Virus record (IMG/VR): IMGVR_UViG_3300021964_000012
Location: 248,001-312,000 of that record
Length of the DNA stretch: 64,000 bases
Reading direction: 5' to 3' (one strand)
The position numbers and the translations under genes were made by a program. The notes below the pieces were generated by a model, which had not been told where the DNA came from, searched no databases, and saw only the letters and a list, made by a program, of their open reading frames with translations. Positions 1 to 9,671 of this stretch are shown here, piece by piece. Position 1 is the stretch's first letter, and every line of letters begins with the position of its first letter.

Positions 1-121
1 TGGTACCGTCAATATCAAAAATCCAAGTATGTCCTAGGTTTTTGCTTAGTTCAAACGGAAACACCTCTGCTACCTTACTAGTAGGATAGTTTGCTCTGTC
101 GTAATCAAAATCTTCTATCAT
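1..121 (-). CDS. HAD-family phosphatase, 5' part only (runs off the window edge)
   Basis: Not in the ORF track. Manual translation from ATG at 121 gives MIEDFDYDRANYPTSKVAEVFPFELSKNLGHTWIFDIDGT, ending in HAD motif I (DxDGT). ATGA overlap with the stop of the 506-aa gene. Confidence 0.75.
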   Translation of the reverse strand, partial: MIEDFDYDRANYPTSKVAEVFPFELSKNLGHTWIFDIDGT

Positions 122-1638
122 AATATTTTTTTTATTCCTCTATTAAGCCAAAAAAGTCCATTATAAAAACTGCCAATAATACTGTCAATATCATCTTTGG
201 CATATCCACTTAGTGAAAGCCATATCAGTCCATGTAGTAAATCTATACTAGGCATATCAGACATCAATTCTTCAAATACGTCTTGAGCAATTCTAGCAGT
301 ATCTGGTTCACCCATGAGTATTTCGCAAGTGTCATTGTCAATATGCAATTTGAATTTTCGCTGATTGAATGTATCATAGCCACCAACTGCACTGTAGTAT
401 ACTTTTGCAAAATCGTATAGTGGATCACCGTATATTCCAGGTTTATAAAAACTTCCGCGAGGATCAATAAACCATGCTTTGAGATTCTTATCAATTATGG
501 TATTGCTAAATGTAGGGTCACCATGTATAGGTGTGAATGTATCTGTTTGAAGAGCTGCATCAATTTTATCCCACCATGTATTGTAGCGAGGATGAAATAA
601 GTTGTAACATTTTACACCGTTGACTGTGAAACTTTCTCGGTCAAAATTTGGAATAATCTGTTGAACACTCTTTACTCTGTTTTGTGTTTTTGATATATAC
701 ACGTTTGTAATTGCTTGCTCATTTGCAACTCGCTCACTTCTACTGTGTAAATCATCTAGAGTATAAATGATATCACTTAAAATACTGCGTTGTTCTCTCG
801 GTGTCAGGTCGTCCAGTTCCCAAATGTGTTTGCCATTGATACGTTGCATGGTAAAAGGATCTGTGCTAACTACGTCGGGTATGCGAATAAATCCAAGGTC
901 CTGTGCATCTTTGTACCAAATAATTTCATGTTCAATTAAATGTTTATAGTTTGGATCAATTGCTTGTTTCACTACTGTTTTGTCGAGTATATCAACTTGA
1001 TTGAAAAATCTGCTAAGTCCAATTCGACTGTTGTTTTCTTCTATACTGGCGAAATCACCAAGTTCTTCAAGTTCAGTTGCAACCACTGTGTCGTATTCAA
1101 GAATATTCTTACTAAACCATTTCACAAATTCACCACTTGCTGGAGGAATGGTAAACTGTCTGCGTTGAAAAAAGTAGAATATTCCTGGAACTCCAGTTAC
1201 TTCACTAGTGATTTCTTGTAAACCAGTTTCTTGGTAACTCCACCTACAGGTAAAAGCATCTGTAAGATACACAAGAGGTCGATCCGCATGGTCTGGAAAC
1301 GCAGGAAGTTCTTTGATAATAAGATCACTCCACGTAAGAAGTACAGGATCATCTTCAGGTACAAGTTTAAGTGCAATATCAATGCCACTACAAGTTCCTT
1401 TTTGATCTGTTTTAATCAGTTTATACTCGACTTGTGGAGTGTCAACTTGCAAGTAGTTTTCCAATTGGTCATATAGGTAGTCACCAATAATAATAAACCT
1501 TGCAGACGGAAATTTATCAAACAGATGATATAACAACGGTTTACCATGCACACTGACCAAGCACTTGGGTTTGTTCCATGTATGATGTCTTAATCGGCTG
1601 CCTCTGCCGCCAGCTTGTACTATTACTGTTAGTGTCAT
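118..1638 (-). CDS. Nucleotidyltransferase (GlmU/LicC-like) fused to an APH/choline-kinase-like domain
   Basis: N-terminal VIVQAGGRGSRL...KPKCL NTP-transferase signature; C-terminal HGDPTFSN (Brenner motif) and WFIDPRG...GDPLYDFAK kinase motifs. Confidence 0.8.
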   Translation of the reverse strand: MTLTVIVQAGGRGSRLRHHTWNKPKCLVSVHGKPLLYHLFDKFPSARFIIIGDYLYDQLENYLQVDTPQVEYKLIKTDQKGTCSGIDIALKLVPEDDPVLLTWSDLIIKELPAFPDHADRPLVYLTDAFTCRWSYQETGLQEITSEVTGVPGIFYFFQRRQFTIPPASGEFVKWFSKNILEYDTVVATELEELGDFASIEENNSRIGLSRFFNQVDILDKTVVKQAIDPNYKHLIEHEIIWYKDAQDLGFIRIPDVVSTDPFTMQRINGKHIWELDDLTPREQRSILSDIIYTLDDLHSRSERVANEQAITNVYISKTQNRVKSVQQIIPNFDRESFTVNGVKCYNLFHPRYNTWWDKIDAALQTDTFTPIHGDPTFSNTIIDKNLKAWFIDPRGSFYKPGIYGDPLYDFAKVYYSAVGGYDTFNQRKFKLHIDNDTCEILMGEPDTARIAQDVFEELMSDMPSIDLLHGLIWLSLSGYAKDDIDSIIGSFYNGLFWLNRGIKKIL

Positions 1639-2372
1639 AGTTGAACAATTCTATCTGGTAATGGTATATCCCATAGCTTTCTTTTACGCCAGTAGTATAA
1701 GCCATTTGGCATAGCAGGATAATTGTTATACACGTGTTGAAAACTAAGATCACTAAACACAAAACTCTCCAGTTTCCATTTGCGTCTTGCTCTCATACAG
1801 TGAAACACACTGTCAATATTACGTGCAAAAAGATATTGTTCCATTTCATCTGATGTAACTTCTACAAGTTCACGCCAGTTAAGATTGGCTCTAAATAATG
1901 CTACTCCAAAGGTCCATGCATCACATGGTTTGCTATCACCTTTACGTACTTGAGTGCTATAAAAATCTAAACTAAAACCATCTAGATTGTTCTCAACCAA
2001 GTACTGCTCTGCACGGTGTAATTTTTCATTGACAATCTCAAAGTTGTGTGTTAGAAACAGAGTATCATCAGCATCGATCATCCAAAACAAATCTGCATCT
2101 TTGCTCTGCTCAAATCCAGTTAAATTTGCAGTTGCCATGTTGCGTTTTGAACTTTTAAGTTGTTGCACATAAGTTACTAAACTTCTGTCGCTTTCAATTA
2201 GCTCAGCAGCTGGATAATCATAAGCAAAACAATTGTGTAGTTTTTCTGAGAGTGCTTTGTTGTCGCATAAAACAAAAGTTTTGTAGTTTTTAAATGTTTC
2301 CAACCAGAATCTTAAACACAAAAGTGTATGAGGAACATCTCTATCAATTTTTAAAAAAACATTTGTTTTCAT
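1635..2372 (-). CDS. Putative GT-A-fold glycosyltransferase-like protein
   Basis: Hydrophobic strand followed by DxD (FWMIDADD); coupled to neighbours in a sugar-modification-like operon. Confidence 0.45.
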   Translation of the reverse strand: MKTNVFLKIDRDVPHTLLCLRFWLETFKNYKTFVLCDNKALSEKLHNCFAYDYPAAELIESDRSLVTYVQQLKSSKRNMATANLTGFEQSKDADLFWMIDADDTLFLTHNFEIVNEKLHRAEQYLVENNLDGFSLDFYSTQVRKGDSKPCDAWTFGVALFRANLNWRELVEVTSDEMEQYLFARNIDSVFHCMRARRKWKLESFVFSDLSFQHVYNNYPAMPNGLYYWRKRKLWDIPLPDRIVQL

Positions 2373-2725
2373 TAGGATTTAGATCCAATGGTCCTTCTTT
2401 GTATATCATCATGATTAAACTCGGCCCAGTATAATTCAAATGCAACACCATCTTCTATACCTTCGAACTGATGTATCTTGCCTGGCTTAACTTGTGTAAA
2501 ATCTCCAGGACCTAGTATTGTTTCATCAACCAACCCTTGTTGTTCACCATCTTGCCATACTCTTACAATCATTTTTCCAGACTCAACAAAAAAACCATTC
2601 CATTTAAATCTGTGTTCATGCTCACTGCATTTAAAACCTGCTTTGTATTCAATGCGATGAAACTCTAATACTCCGTTTGCGTGTATCAATTCTGTAGAAC
2701 CCCATATTTTGCCTGCTTTCATCAA
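2372..2725 (-). CDS. Cupin-domain protein (mannose-6-phosphate isomerase-like fold)
   Basis: CSEHEHRFKWNGFFVESG and PGDFTQVKPGKIHQF cupin motifs. Confidence 0.75.
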   Translation of the reverse strand: MMKAGKIWGSTELIHANGVLEFHRIEYKAGFKCSEHEHRFKWNGFFVESGKMIVRVWQDGEQQGLVDETILGPGDFTQVKPGKIHQFEGIEDGVAFELYWAEFNHDDIQRRTIGSKS

Positions 2726-3483
2726 TGATTCTCCATTATTGTAAGATTTTTATCTATCCATGGTAGTACTAAATCTCTTTGTCGTAGATGACCAAATTTG
2801 GTAATACTTTGAACTACACATTCAGGAAGTAATTGTGTATCTTCTGCAATGCTATATAAGTTTGTTTTGTCTGGATCCATTGGTTCAATATTGCTTCGAT
2901 ACACGAGTATGTGTATCCAAGGATCGTTGATTTCCTTTCTGAAAAATCCAGATCTACAATCCCAACCGTTTACACTCAACATATAGATCAACATAGGCAA
3001 TGTAAAATTATATTTGTGATCCATTCTGGCATGGAACTCTTGCTTGTTGTATTCTATATTGGTTGTTTGCGGTACTGATAAAACCAACATCGAATCTGTA
3101 GTTGCAATGTGCCACCAATTTTTTAATGTCATGTATGGATTGGTTTGATACTGTAGTACATCATATGCCCATAAAATATCAAAATTTTTTTTTGGTCGTG
3201 TGATAGAGTTCACATTTTCTCTTTGAAAAGCAATATTATTGTGCTTGACGTTTAGTTTGTCGAGGTCATTTACAATTGTACACTTGATATTAAGTGGCAA
3301 CTTTTGCTTATCTCTAGTGACTGCGTTTGCCCACCATTGTATATCCAGTGCTTCTGGATCACTTCCAATGCCAACAACAGTTCCAACACTTTCCATGAAG
3401 TCGTCGTATTCATATAGATATTTGATAATATTTTCATAGCAGTGATTAAATTTTTCTTCGGAACTTGAAAAACTACTGTTCAT
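2722..3483 (-). CDS. Class I SAM-dependent methyltransferase-like protein
   Basis: VVGIGS (degenerate motif I), FDILWAYDVLQY..NPY..L..W...LVLSVP pattern typical of type-11 methyltransferases. Confidence 0.55.
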   Translation of the reverse strand: MNSSFSSSEEKFNHCYENIIKYLYEYDDFMESVGTVVGIGSDPEALDIQWWANAVTRDKQKLPLNIKCTIVNDLDKLNVKHNNIAFQRENVNSITRPKKNFDILWAYDVLQYQTNPYMTLKNWWHIATTDSMLVLSVPQTTNIEYNKQEFHARMDHKYNFTLPMLIYMLSVNGWDCRSGFFRKEINDPWIHILVYRSNIEPMDPDKTNLYSIAEDTQLLPECVVQSITKFGHLRQRDLVLPWIDKNLTIMENH

Positions 3484-3485
3484 TG

Positions 3486-3944
3486 TTATACCTGTACATC
3501 TTCCATTCCGGCAGTTCTAAGACGTACAATATGCCCTAGTTGCCATTGTTTAGTATCTAAGCCTTTCATTATGCCAAGATACTTATTACGCAGTAGAGCA
3601 ACCTCGTTAATTAATGTTTCGAAGTCAATTACTTCGTCTTCGCCATCAACGTATTTTTCTGCATCACGACTGGTAAGTGCTCTTGCATATCCTTCCAAAT
3701 ATTTTTGAAAGTGTTTGCGTCTTATCTGCCTAAGTTTAATGTTTAGAAAGTTTAGTACTGCTTCAATTTCTTGCAGTTGATTGAACCGATGTTCAGTGAG
3801 TCCTGGCAATGCTTTAATATTTTTTTCAACAAGTCCGCCTACTCTACATTCACTCTTGGCTATTTCCAACTCATGCTCATAATAAGTGAGAAACCCAGGA
3901 ATCTCTGAAAGGTTGTTTACAATTTTATTATAATATTGGCTCAC
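3486..3944 (-). CDS. uvsY: UvsY-like recombination mediator
   Basis: Helical 152-aa protein with LTSRDAEKYVDGE and C-terminal KGLDTKQWQLGHIVRLR; near uvsX. Confidence 0.75.
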   Translation of the reverse strand: MSQYYNKIVNNLSEIPGFLTYYEHELEIAKSECRVGGLVEKNIKALPGLTEHRFNQLQEIEAVLNFLNIKLRQIRRKHFQKYLEGYARALTSRDAEKYVDGEDEVIDFETLINEVALLRNKYLGIMKGLDTKQWQLGHIVRLRTAGMEDVQV

Positions 3945-4480
3945 TTAGTGGCATCCATTAACCATTGATTATAAAGTATTGTAGCACAATCATCTAACTG
4001 TGTCAACTCCTTTAACTTTTCTAAAACATTTCCTTCAACTATATCAGCCAATTCAATAATTTTATACGCAGATGGTTTGATCATGTTACTAAAATCCATT
4101 ATTAGTTGAGCATATTCTTCAATGGTTTTTGCGCCACATGCTTTACTCATTCTCTCCCAAACTGTATCACTGTGTAGTTTGCGAAACCTTGTTGCTGCCC
4201 ACATTGAAGTTTTCAAATCACTGCACACAATACCTAAATAAGAATGCTTATTTTGTATGTGGTAATCAGCGTCATGACTAGGCAAACTAAGCCAATACCT
4301 GCTTGCATTAGCAATATAAGCATCTTTTTCTGCATCATTGTCAAATACAAAACTACGTTTTAGTTTTGCTCTTTCCTTAAGGATAACACATCTGTTTGAT
4401 TTTATACTAACACCTTTTGAATCAATCAGTCCGGTAACAATGTCTCCACAACATCCTCCCATGTACAGTACAATGTCCAT
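3941..4480 (-). CDS. Hypothetical protein
   Basis: 179-aa ORF coupled to both neighbours; N-terminal strand plus YMGGCCGD loop, family not recognised. Confidence 0.6.
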   Translation of the reverse strand: MDIVLYMGGCCGDIVTGLIDSKGVSIKSNRCVILKERAKLKRSFVFDNDAEKDAYIANASRYWLSLPSHDADYHIQNKHSYLGIVCSDLKTSMWAATRFRKLHSDTVWERMSKACGAKTIEEYAQLIMDFSNMIKPSAYKIIELADIVEGNVLEKLKELTQLDDCATILYNQWLMDATK

Positions 4481-5187
4481 TAAAATTTCTTTTCGAACAT
4501 AAATTTTATGTTTCCATTGGTTGTGTCTGGATTTTCTAATATATCATATGAACCGTCGGGTTGTTTGTTTTTTTCTACAAATTGAATATCATGCCATAAT
4601 AAATCTAAACCAATTTTTTTACAAGCAAATCCAAAGTCATAAAAATAATCATAGTGATTAACACTTAGTCTATTCCAACAAGGTATTTGTGTATCTCTAA
4701 AGCTATAGAAAAATTTACAGCCTGGTTTCATTGCTCGTTTGTATTCAATAAAGTAAGACTGTAAACAAGGTATGTCTAAATCGTTTGGATACAAAGTTGC
4801 CCATAAGTCTGATCTATTGTTCATCACAACAAAATTGTTAAATTTGTCAGGATAAAGGTTACCAATATCACTTCTATCATTTACAATAACAGCATTAGGA
4901 TAAAATGTTTTTACCACTGGATGTGTTTCTATTACAGTTAGGTCTGATACAATGTCTTCAACATAATAGCCTGCACTTCCAAAATAACATGTAGGTCCAG
5001 GTTGCAGGTTTTCAATTATGTGTTTGTCATACTCGTCGATATAAACTTTTGTTGAACTTTTACGACTTTTAAGCCAAAATTCATGCTTCAATCGACCGAT
5101 TCGGTAACGTATATAATTGTGTTTGTTACTTAATGTGTTATCAGTATGGGCCATTTCATAATCAGAAAAATTTTCAATCAACTTCAT
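4480..5187 (-). CDS. Hypothetical protein, possibly a degenerate methyltransferase fold
   Basis: 235 aa; CYFGSAG and AMKPGCKFFYSF resemble class I methyltransferase motifs I and III. Confidence 0.5.
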   Translation of the reverse strand: MKLIENFSDYEMAHTDNTLSNKHNYIRYRIGRLKHEFWLKSRKSSTKVYIDEYDKHIIENLQPGPTCYFGSAGYYVEDIVSDLTVIETHPVVKTFYPNAVIVNDRSDIGNLYPDKFNNFVVMNNRSDLWATLYPNDLDIPCLQSYFIEYKRAMKPGCKFFYSFRDTQIPCWNRLSVNHYDYFYDFGFACKKIGLDLLWHDIQFVEKNKQPDGSYDILENPDTTNGNIKFMFEKKF

Positions 5188-5708
5188 TTAATCTTCCTAA
5201 TGTAAAAATGTCGGTCTGGACAACTCCAGGTAAAGTGTTTACCAAGATCTATATAATCTCGACTCATATCAACTATTACACAATTTTGTAACTCATGTTG
5301 TAACCAATATGTAATTGCTTGTTGAAAATCTTCAGGTACATTATAATGTAGTCTTTGATTGTTGATGTTTAAATAATGCCTGTTTAAACAAAAATATAGA
5401 TGGCTGCAATTATTCAGCCAATTTTGTATTTGTTCAATGATACCTGTTAAAGGGTATCTTCCATATCCTTGATGAGTAACTAATATCAAATCACTGTCAG
5501 TGATATTATCAACTGTTGGAATATCTAAATCAAGTAAAACTTCTTCTATATGATATACTCTACAAAAACCATTAAGTTTTACAAAATCTTCTATTTGTTG
5601 TAATCGACGCAATTTGTATTTGCCATCATAAAATCTATCTTGAATTCGTTTAAAATTTTTAGCCCATTTATAAAGATTATTAGAATTTACTATCTCAATA
5701 TTCTTCAT
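5184..5708 (-). CDS. Hypothetical protein
   Basis: 174-aa AT-rich ORF, ATGA-type overlap with the next gene. Confidence 0.6.
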   Translation of the reverse strand: MKNIEIVNSNNLYKWAKNFKRIQDRFYDGKYKLRRLQQIEDFVKLNGFCRVYHIEEVLLDLDIPTVDNITDSDLILVTHQGYGRYPLTGIIEQIQNWLNNCSHLYFCLNRHYLNINNQRLHYNVPEDFQQAITYWLQHELQNCVIVDMSRDYIDLGKHFTWSCPDRHFYIRKIK

Positions 5709-5717
5709 CTTACTGTC

Positions 5718-5996
5718 TTAATAATCATCATAGTTAAATTCGCCATCGTCGTTATACTGATTTAACAGTTCATCTTCTTCCTCTTCTTCAAAATCATCTT
5801 CTTCTGCTTCTCCAAGATAATTAGCAACAGCAAGTTTTATCGCACCATCAAATTTAAATGCTTCTCTTAATTCTTCAGCACTATGTTGTCCTATTAAAGC
5901 TTCAACAACATGATCAGCAGCTTCTCTAATGTCATCTGTATCGTGAATAAATTGGCGTGTTTGTTTCCATACCAAAGCGGCTATTTCTAATGACAA
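5718..5996 (-). CDS. Small acidic hypothetical protein (TTG start)
   Basis: 92 aa, D/E-rich C-terminus; TAGGAG Shine-Dalgarno upstream of TTG. Confidence 0.7.
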   Translation of the reverse strand: MSLEIAALVWKQTRQFIHDTDDIREAADHVVEALIGQHSAEELREAFKFDGAIKLAVANYLGEAEEDDFEEEEEDELLNQYNDDGEFNYDDY

Positions 5997-6028
5997 TTTT
6001 TGTCTCCTATTCTGTTTGTTCAGTCTAC

Positions 6029-7468
6029 TTATAATATACTAGTTAGCTCTTTATACGTCTGTTTGAAATCTTGTTGTCTTATTTTATCAGTGACAGTCAA
6101 AAAGTTAATCATATCTGTAGTATCTATTGGCATACTTGAACTATTCATTAATGCTATAATTGGTTCTATTATCTTTTGAAATTCATTATCCTGAATGTTC
6201 AATAATTTATCAGTTATATATTGCTTTTGCGTTTTGTTAAACAATAAAATGTTTAGACGTTTAGGATAATGCAACACGTTAAACAATACTGGTAGTCCTT
6301 GGTCTCTACAGAACTTAAATAATGTGTATGTGTCGAGTATATTAAGTGTTGTTATTGTACTCCATACATTCAAATTTAGAACTGTGTCTGTTGATTTTTT
6401 ATATTTTTCAATTGTATCTACTATTGTTTTCCAACTCACTCCATATCTTTCATACTCAAACTTTTTCCCTGTGTTATCTATGCTAAAACTTAACTCAACT
6501 TCTTTGAAATGACTCCATAACGGCATTAAATTTGATGCAAATGTTGTAGCATTGGTATTGTAATGTAGCGATATATAACTGCTTCTTTGTTTGTTTACAA
6601 AGTATTGTAGCAGGGTAGAGTGTGTCTTGTCAAGTAAAGGTTCGCCTCCTGAAAAATTTAGGTGCAATAAATCACTAGTAATGTGTTCAAGATCTTTCCA
6701 AATTTTTGAACCGTTGACATCAGTCCATTCATTCTTCAGCAGTTCTACCGATGAAAACTGCGGATAGGATTCTTTATGTTGAGAGACTTCATTTGCCCAT
6801 TTACTACTAAGGGCAGGTCCACACATTCGACATTTTAGATTGCATGTTTTGTTAATTTTAATATCTAAACCAATTAGGTTACGACTTTTTGTATTGTTGT
6901 AGTCTATATCAAAAATTTTATCTCTGTAAACAAATGCATCATTCTGTCTCTGACTTTTAGCACCGTGTTCTTCATTTTTCCAACAACTTGCACAAGCTGT
7001 TGGTTTCTTGCCTTCTAAGAACTGTTGTCTCAAATCAGTAAAATCTATATCCTTAACCGATACTGTTTTAACATTTGGATAGTTATCTTCTTTATACCTA
7101 CAACAAGGAGCTAAATTACCTTCATTTCTAATTTCTAGCATTATCCATGGATTTACACAGATGGTTTCTGGAATATCAAAATTTGTAGGATTTACAACAG
7201 TTTCATTGCCTTCATATTCAATATGCACAAAACATTCATCAATATCAAGATGATTTAAGATACGGTTAAGATAGTTATAAAACGGCTTTGTGTTGATGGC
7301 AGGGACCGAATCCACAAACACTATGCGTTGGTTAGGTTCGTAGTATTCTCTCTTGTATTTTACAAGTTCGCGGTACAGTTGATTTATGGGTTGTTCTAGA
7401 AAATATTTTACTTTTTCTATATATAAAACGTCAAACTGAGATAAATTGTCATTCTGTTGGTTGCTCAT
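6029..7468 (-). CDS. Radical SAM protein with N-terminal SPASM/Twitch-like Fe-S region
   Basis: CNLKCRMC (CxxxCxxC) and FSGGEPLL; upstream CVNPW...GNLAPCC...CASCW. Confidence 0.85.
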   Translation of the reverse strand: MSNQQNDNLSQFDVLYIEKVKYFLEQPINQLYRELVKYKREYYEPNQRIVFVDSVPAINTKPFYNYLNRILNHLDIDECFVHIEYEGNETVVNPTNFDIPETICVNPWIMLEIRNEGNLAPCCRYKEDNYPNVKTVSVKDIDFTDLRQQFLEGKKPTACASCWKNEEHGAKSQRQNDAFVYRDKIFDIDYNNTKSRNLIGLDIKINKTCNLKCRMCGPALSSKWANEVSQHKESYPQFSSVELLKNEWTDVNGSKIWKDLEHITSDLLHLNFSGGEPLLDKTHSTLLQYFVNKQRSSYISLHYNTNATTFASNLMPLWSHFKEVELSFSIDNTGKKFEYERYGVSWKTIVDTIEKYKKSTDTVLNLNVWSTITTLNILDTYTLFKFCRDQGLPVLFNVLHYPKRLNILLFNKTQKQYITDKLLNIQDNEFQKIIEPIIALMNSSSMPIDTTDMINFLTVTDKIRQQDFKQTYKELTSIL

Positions 7469-8531
7469 CTAATTCTTCTACTACTACTTCTTCAGGAATA
7501 CTTAGCTCTTGTTCCATTTTGTTGAAGTCTAGCATAACCTTGTCTAAGCAACCATCTTCGTTGCGTTCCCAAGCCTTACGGAACTGTAGTATCTCTTGAT
7601 TGTCGCTAGTTAGGAAACGTAATCTGTTTCCTTGCTTGGTTAACAAGCCTGTTGCTTCTGCTAAATCTACAAGTCCGCTATATGGATTCATACCTGTTTC
7701 ATATGGAATCTTAACTTGTACTGATTCAAATGGTTTTGCATATCTAGTTTTCATAACCTTACATGCGGCACGTATACCTTTAACTTGTGATATCTTGTTG
7801 CCATCTTCGTCTTCTTTTAGTTTTAGTTTACGCATTGCAACAACAATACTTGATGCATAGATAAAGCCCTGCCCACCACTAATTTTATCATCAGGGTCAA
7901 ACATATCCTGTGATGCATAGGTATGATTGGTACATACCATACCAACGTTGTAACTACCAAACATGTTTACAGTATTTCTTACGAGTGCAGTTAGTGCTTT
8001 TGGTTTTCTACCCAAGTCACCTTTTAAATCTCCACTATCAAACTGGTTAATATCTGTTGGTGTTAGCAACATACCTAAACTGTCAATCACAAACAATACC
8101 TTAGGACGTTCTCCATCTGGCAATGCCTTATAGTCTTTCATAAATGTACTAACTGTTTTTGCTACATCGTCGATCATGCTCATGCTAAGTTTTAATAACT
8201 TGCTTTCATCTGTGTCTACACCAAGTGCATGTAACCACGATTCATCAAGTGCATTCTCACTATCAATTAAAACAACAAAAATACCTTGAGCTTGTGCGGC
8301 TTTGACAATATTTCCACTTGCAAAATAACTTTTACCTGCACCAGACTCTCCTGCAAATACTGTAACTTTTCCTAGTGGAACACCTTTGTGGAAATCGCCA
8401 CTTATCAAATAGTTAAGTGCATAGTTGCCTGTTGAAATCCAGTCTGTTGGGTCGTTAAAGCCAATAGACAATCCGTCAATGCTTTTTGTAATATCCTTAC
8501 GAAACTTGCTTACATCAAATGGTTTACCCAA
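7449..8531 (-). CDS. uvsX: UvsX RecA-like recombinase (TTG start)
   Basis: Walker A GESGAGKS, VIDSLG Walker B, SGGQGFIYASS; GGAGAAG Shine-Dalgarno. Confidence 0.93.
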   Translation of the reverse strand: MGKPFDVSKFRKDITKSIDGLSIGFNDPTDWISTGNYALNYLISGDFHKGVPLGKVTVFAGESGAGKSYFASGNIVKAAQAQGIFVVLIDSENALDESWLHALGVDTDESKLLKLSMSMIDDVAKTVSTFMKDYKALPDGERPKVLFVIDSLGMLLTPTDINQFDSGDLKGDLGRKPKALTALVRNTVNMFGSYNVGMVCTNHTYASQDMFDPDDKISGGQGFIYASSIVVAMRKLKLKEDEDGNKISQVKGIRAACKVMKTRYAKPFESVQVKIPYETGMNPYSGLVDLAEATGLLTKQGNRLRFLTSDNQEILQFRKAWERNEDGCLDKVMLDFNKMEQELSIPEEVVVEELDEQPTE

Positions 8532-8553
8532 TGTCTTCTCCTATCTAAAATTT

Positions 8554-8586
8554 TACTTATTGTAACATGAAAAAGAATGAGGGCAA
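8554..8586 (-). promoter_or_regulatory. Tandem sigma70-like and late promoters for uvsX
   Basis: TTGCCC-N16-TACAAT with extended TGn (8586..8559) overlapping ATAAGTA (8560..8554). Confidence 0.5.
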
Positions 8587-8611
8587 GGAGAAAGGAAAAA
8601 ACCTTGCCCTC
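8570..8611 (-). terminator. Probable intrinsic terminator after gp32
   Basis: 10-bp perfect stem GAGGGCAAGG/CCTTGCCCTC, 13-nt pyrimidine loop, followed by ATTCTTTTT. Confidence 0.6.
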
Positions 8612-8619
8612 CTTTGCCG

Positions 8620-9651
8620 TTAAGATGAAGACTGTCTGCTACGAATCATAGCAAGTATATCTTCGGCTTTCTGTCCACTACCAGAAGGGGAAGCTGGTGT
8701 TTGGACTGGTGCAGTTGGAGTTGCACCCATCTCTTCAGGTGTAGCAACCGGAGCAGGAGCCACTGTTTCTGCTACCGGGGTTGGTGCTGGTGCACTAACC
8801 TCTACAGGTTGTACTGTTGCTGATGCAGCCGCCGCCATTGCTGGAGCTGTTGCTGATCCTTCAGGCTTTTGCATACCTGCTGGACGAAAGTATGACCCCC
8901 AACGATCAATATCATATGCCTGGCCATCTACTGATGCTTCAAACATTTCTTTCATCACTTTTAGTTCTTCTTCACCTGGACGTTTAGGTAGGAAGTCACC
9001 TAAATTATATAAACCTTGTGAGTCAATAGCAGTGGCTTCTGCTTCAGTTAATGCAGTTTCTTTCCTTGCCCATTTACTTGTGCTATAGTCAGCATAACCA
9101 CCTTTAGAAGTTTTGCTTACTCTAAAGTCTAAACCTCTTGCATAATCTGTAGGTAGTTCCTCTAATTCAGGATCCATCAATGCACTTTTAATAATTTGGA
9201 ATATCTGTGGTCCAATTATGAAACGTCTGATAGACTTATCTGACTTGTCATCTGCTATAGGATTTTCTCTTACAAATCCTTGCATAATATAACTACGTTT
9301 CTTCCAGTACTTACGACCCATGTCTTCTAGTGATTTATCTTTAAACCAAGGACGTACTTCTGTTAGGATTGGACAAGTATCGCCCCACATTTCAACACAA
9401 GGAACCTGTACTTGAACACTCTTACTGTCCATCTGTCCTTTAATTCCATTGAATGGGAGTTTGATCATTGCACGTTCAATCCAAAAGAACGTGTTGGAAT
9501 TGTCTGCATCAGGAAGGAAACGTAGAGTTGCACTATCGCCTTCGTTCATATTCCAATGTGGGTAAATTGCGTTATCGCCGCCGCTTGTTTGGTTGCCTTG
9601 CTTGTTATCTGCCGCTGCAAGGCGAGCTCTTATTTCTGCTAATGAAGCCAT
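8620..9651 (-). CDS. gp32: Single-stranded DNA-binding protein, T4 gp32-like
   Basis: ATLRFLP, KYWKKRSY, GPQIFQII, DYARGLDFRVSKTSKGGYADYSTSKW core; Ala/Pro-rich linker and short C-terminal tail; next to uvsX. Confidence 0.9.
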   Translation of the reverse strand: MASLAEIRARLAAADNKQGNQTSGGDNAIYPHWNMNEGDSATLRFLPDADNSNTFFWIERAMIKLPFNGIKGQMDSKSVQVQVPCVEMWGDTCPILTEVRPWFKDKSLEDMGRKYWKKRSYIMQGFVRENPIADDKSDKSIRRFIIGPQIFQIIKSALMDPELEELPTDYARGLDFRVSKTSKGGYADYSTSKWARKETALTEAEATAIDSQGLYNLGDFLPKRPGEEELKVMKEMFEASVDGQAYDIDRWGSYFRPAGMQKPEGSATAPAMAAAASATVQPVEVSAPAPTPVAETVAPAPVATPEEMGATPTAPVQTPASPSGSGQKAEDILAMIRSRQSSS

Positions 9652-9671
9652 TTTCTTCTCCTATTGCCTAC

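Noticed and set aside
1-3483. Bacterial capsule locus or prophage boundary
   Set aside because: Genes run coupled into uvsY/uvsX on the same strand; no integrase, att site or housekeeping genes.
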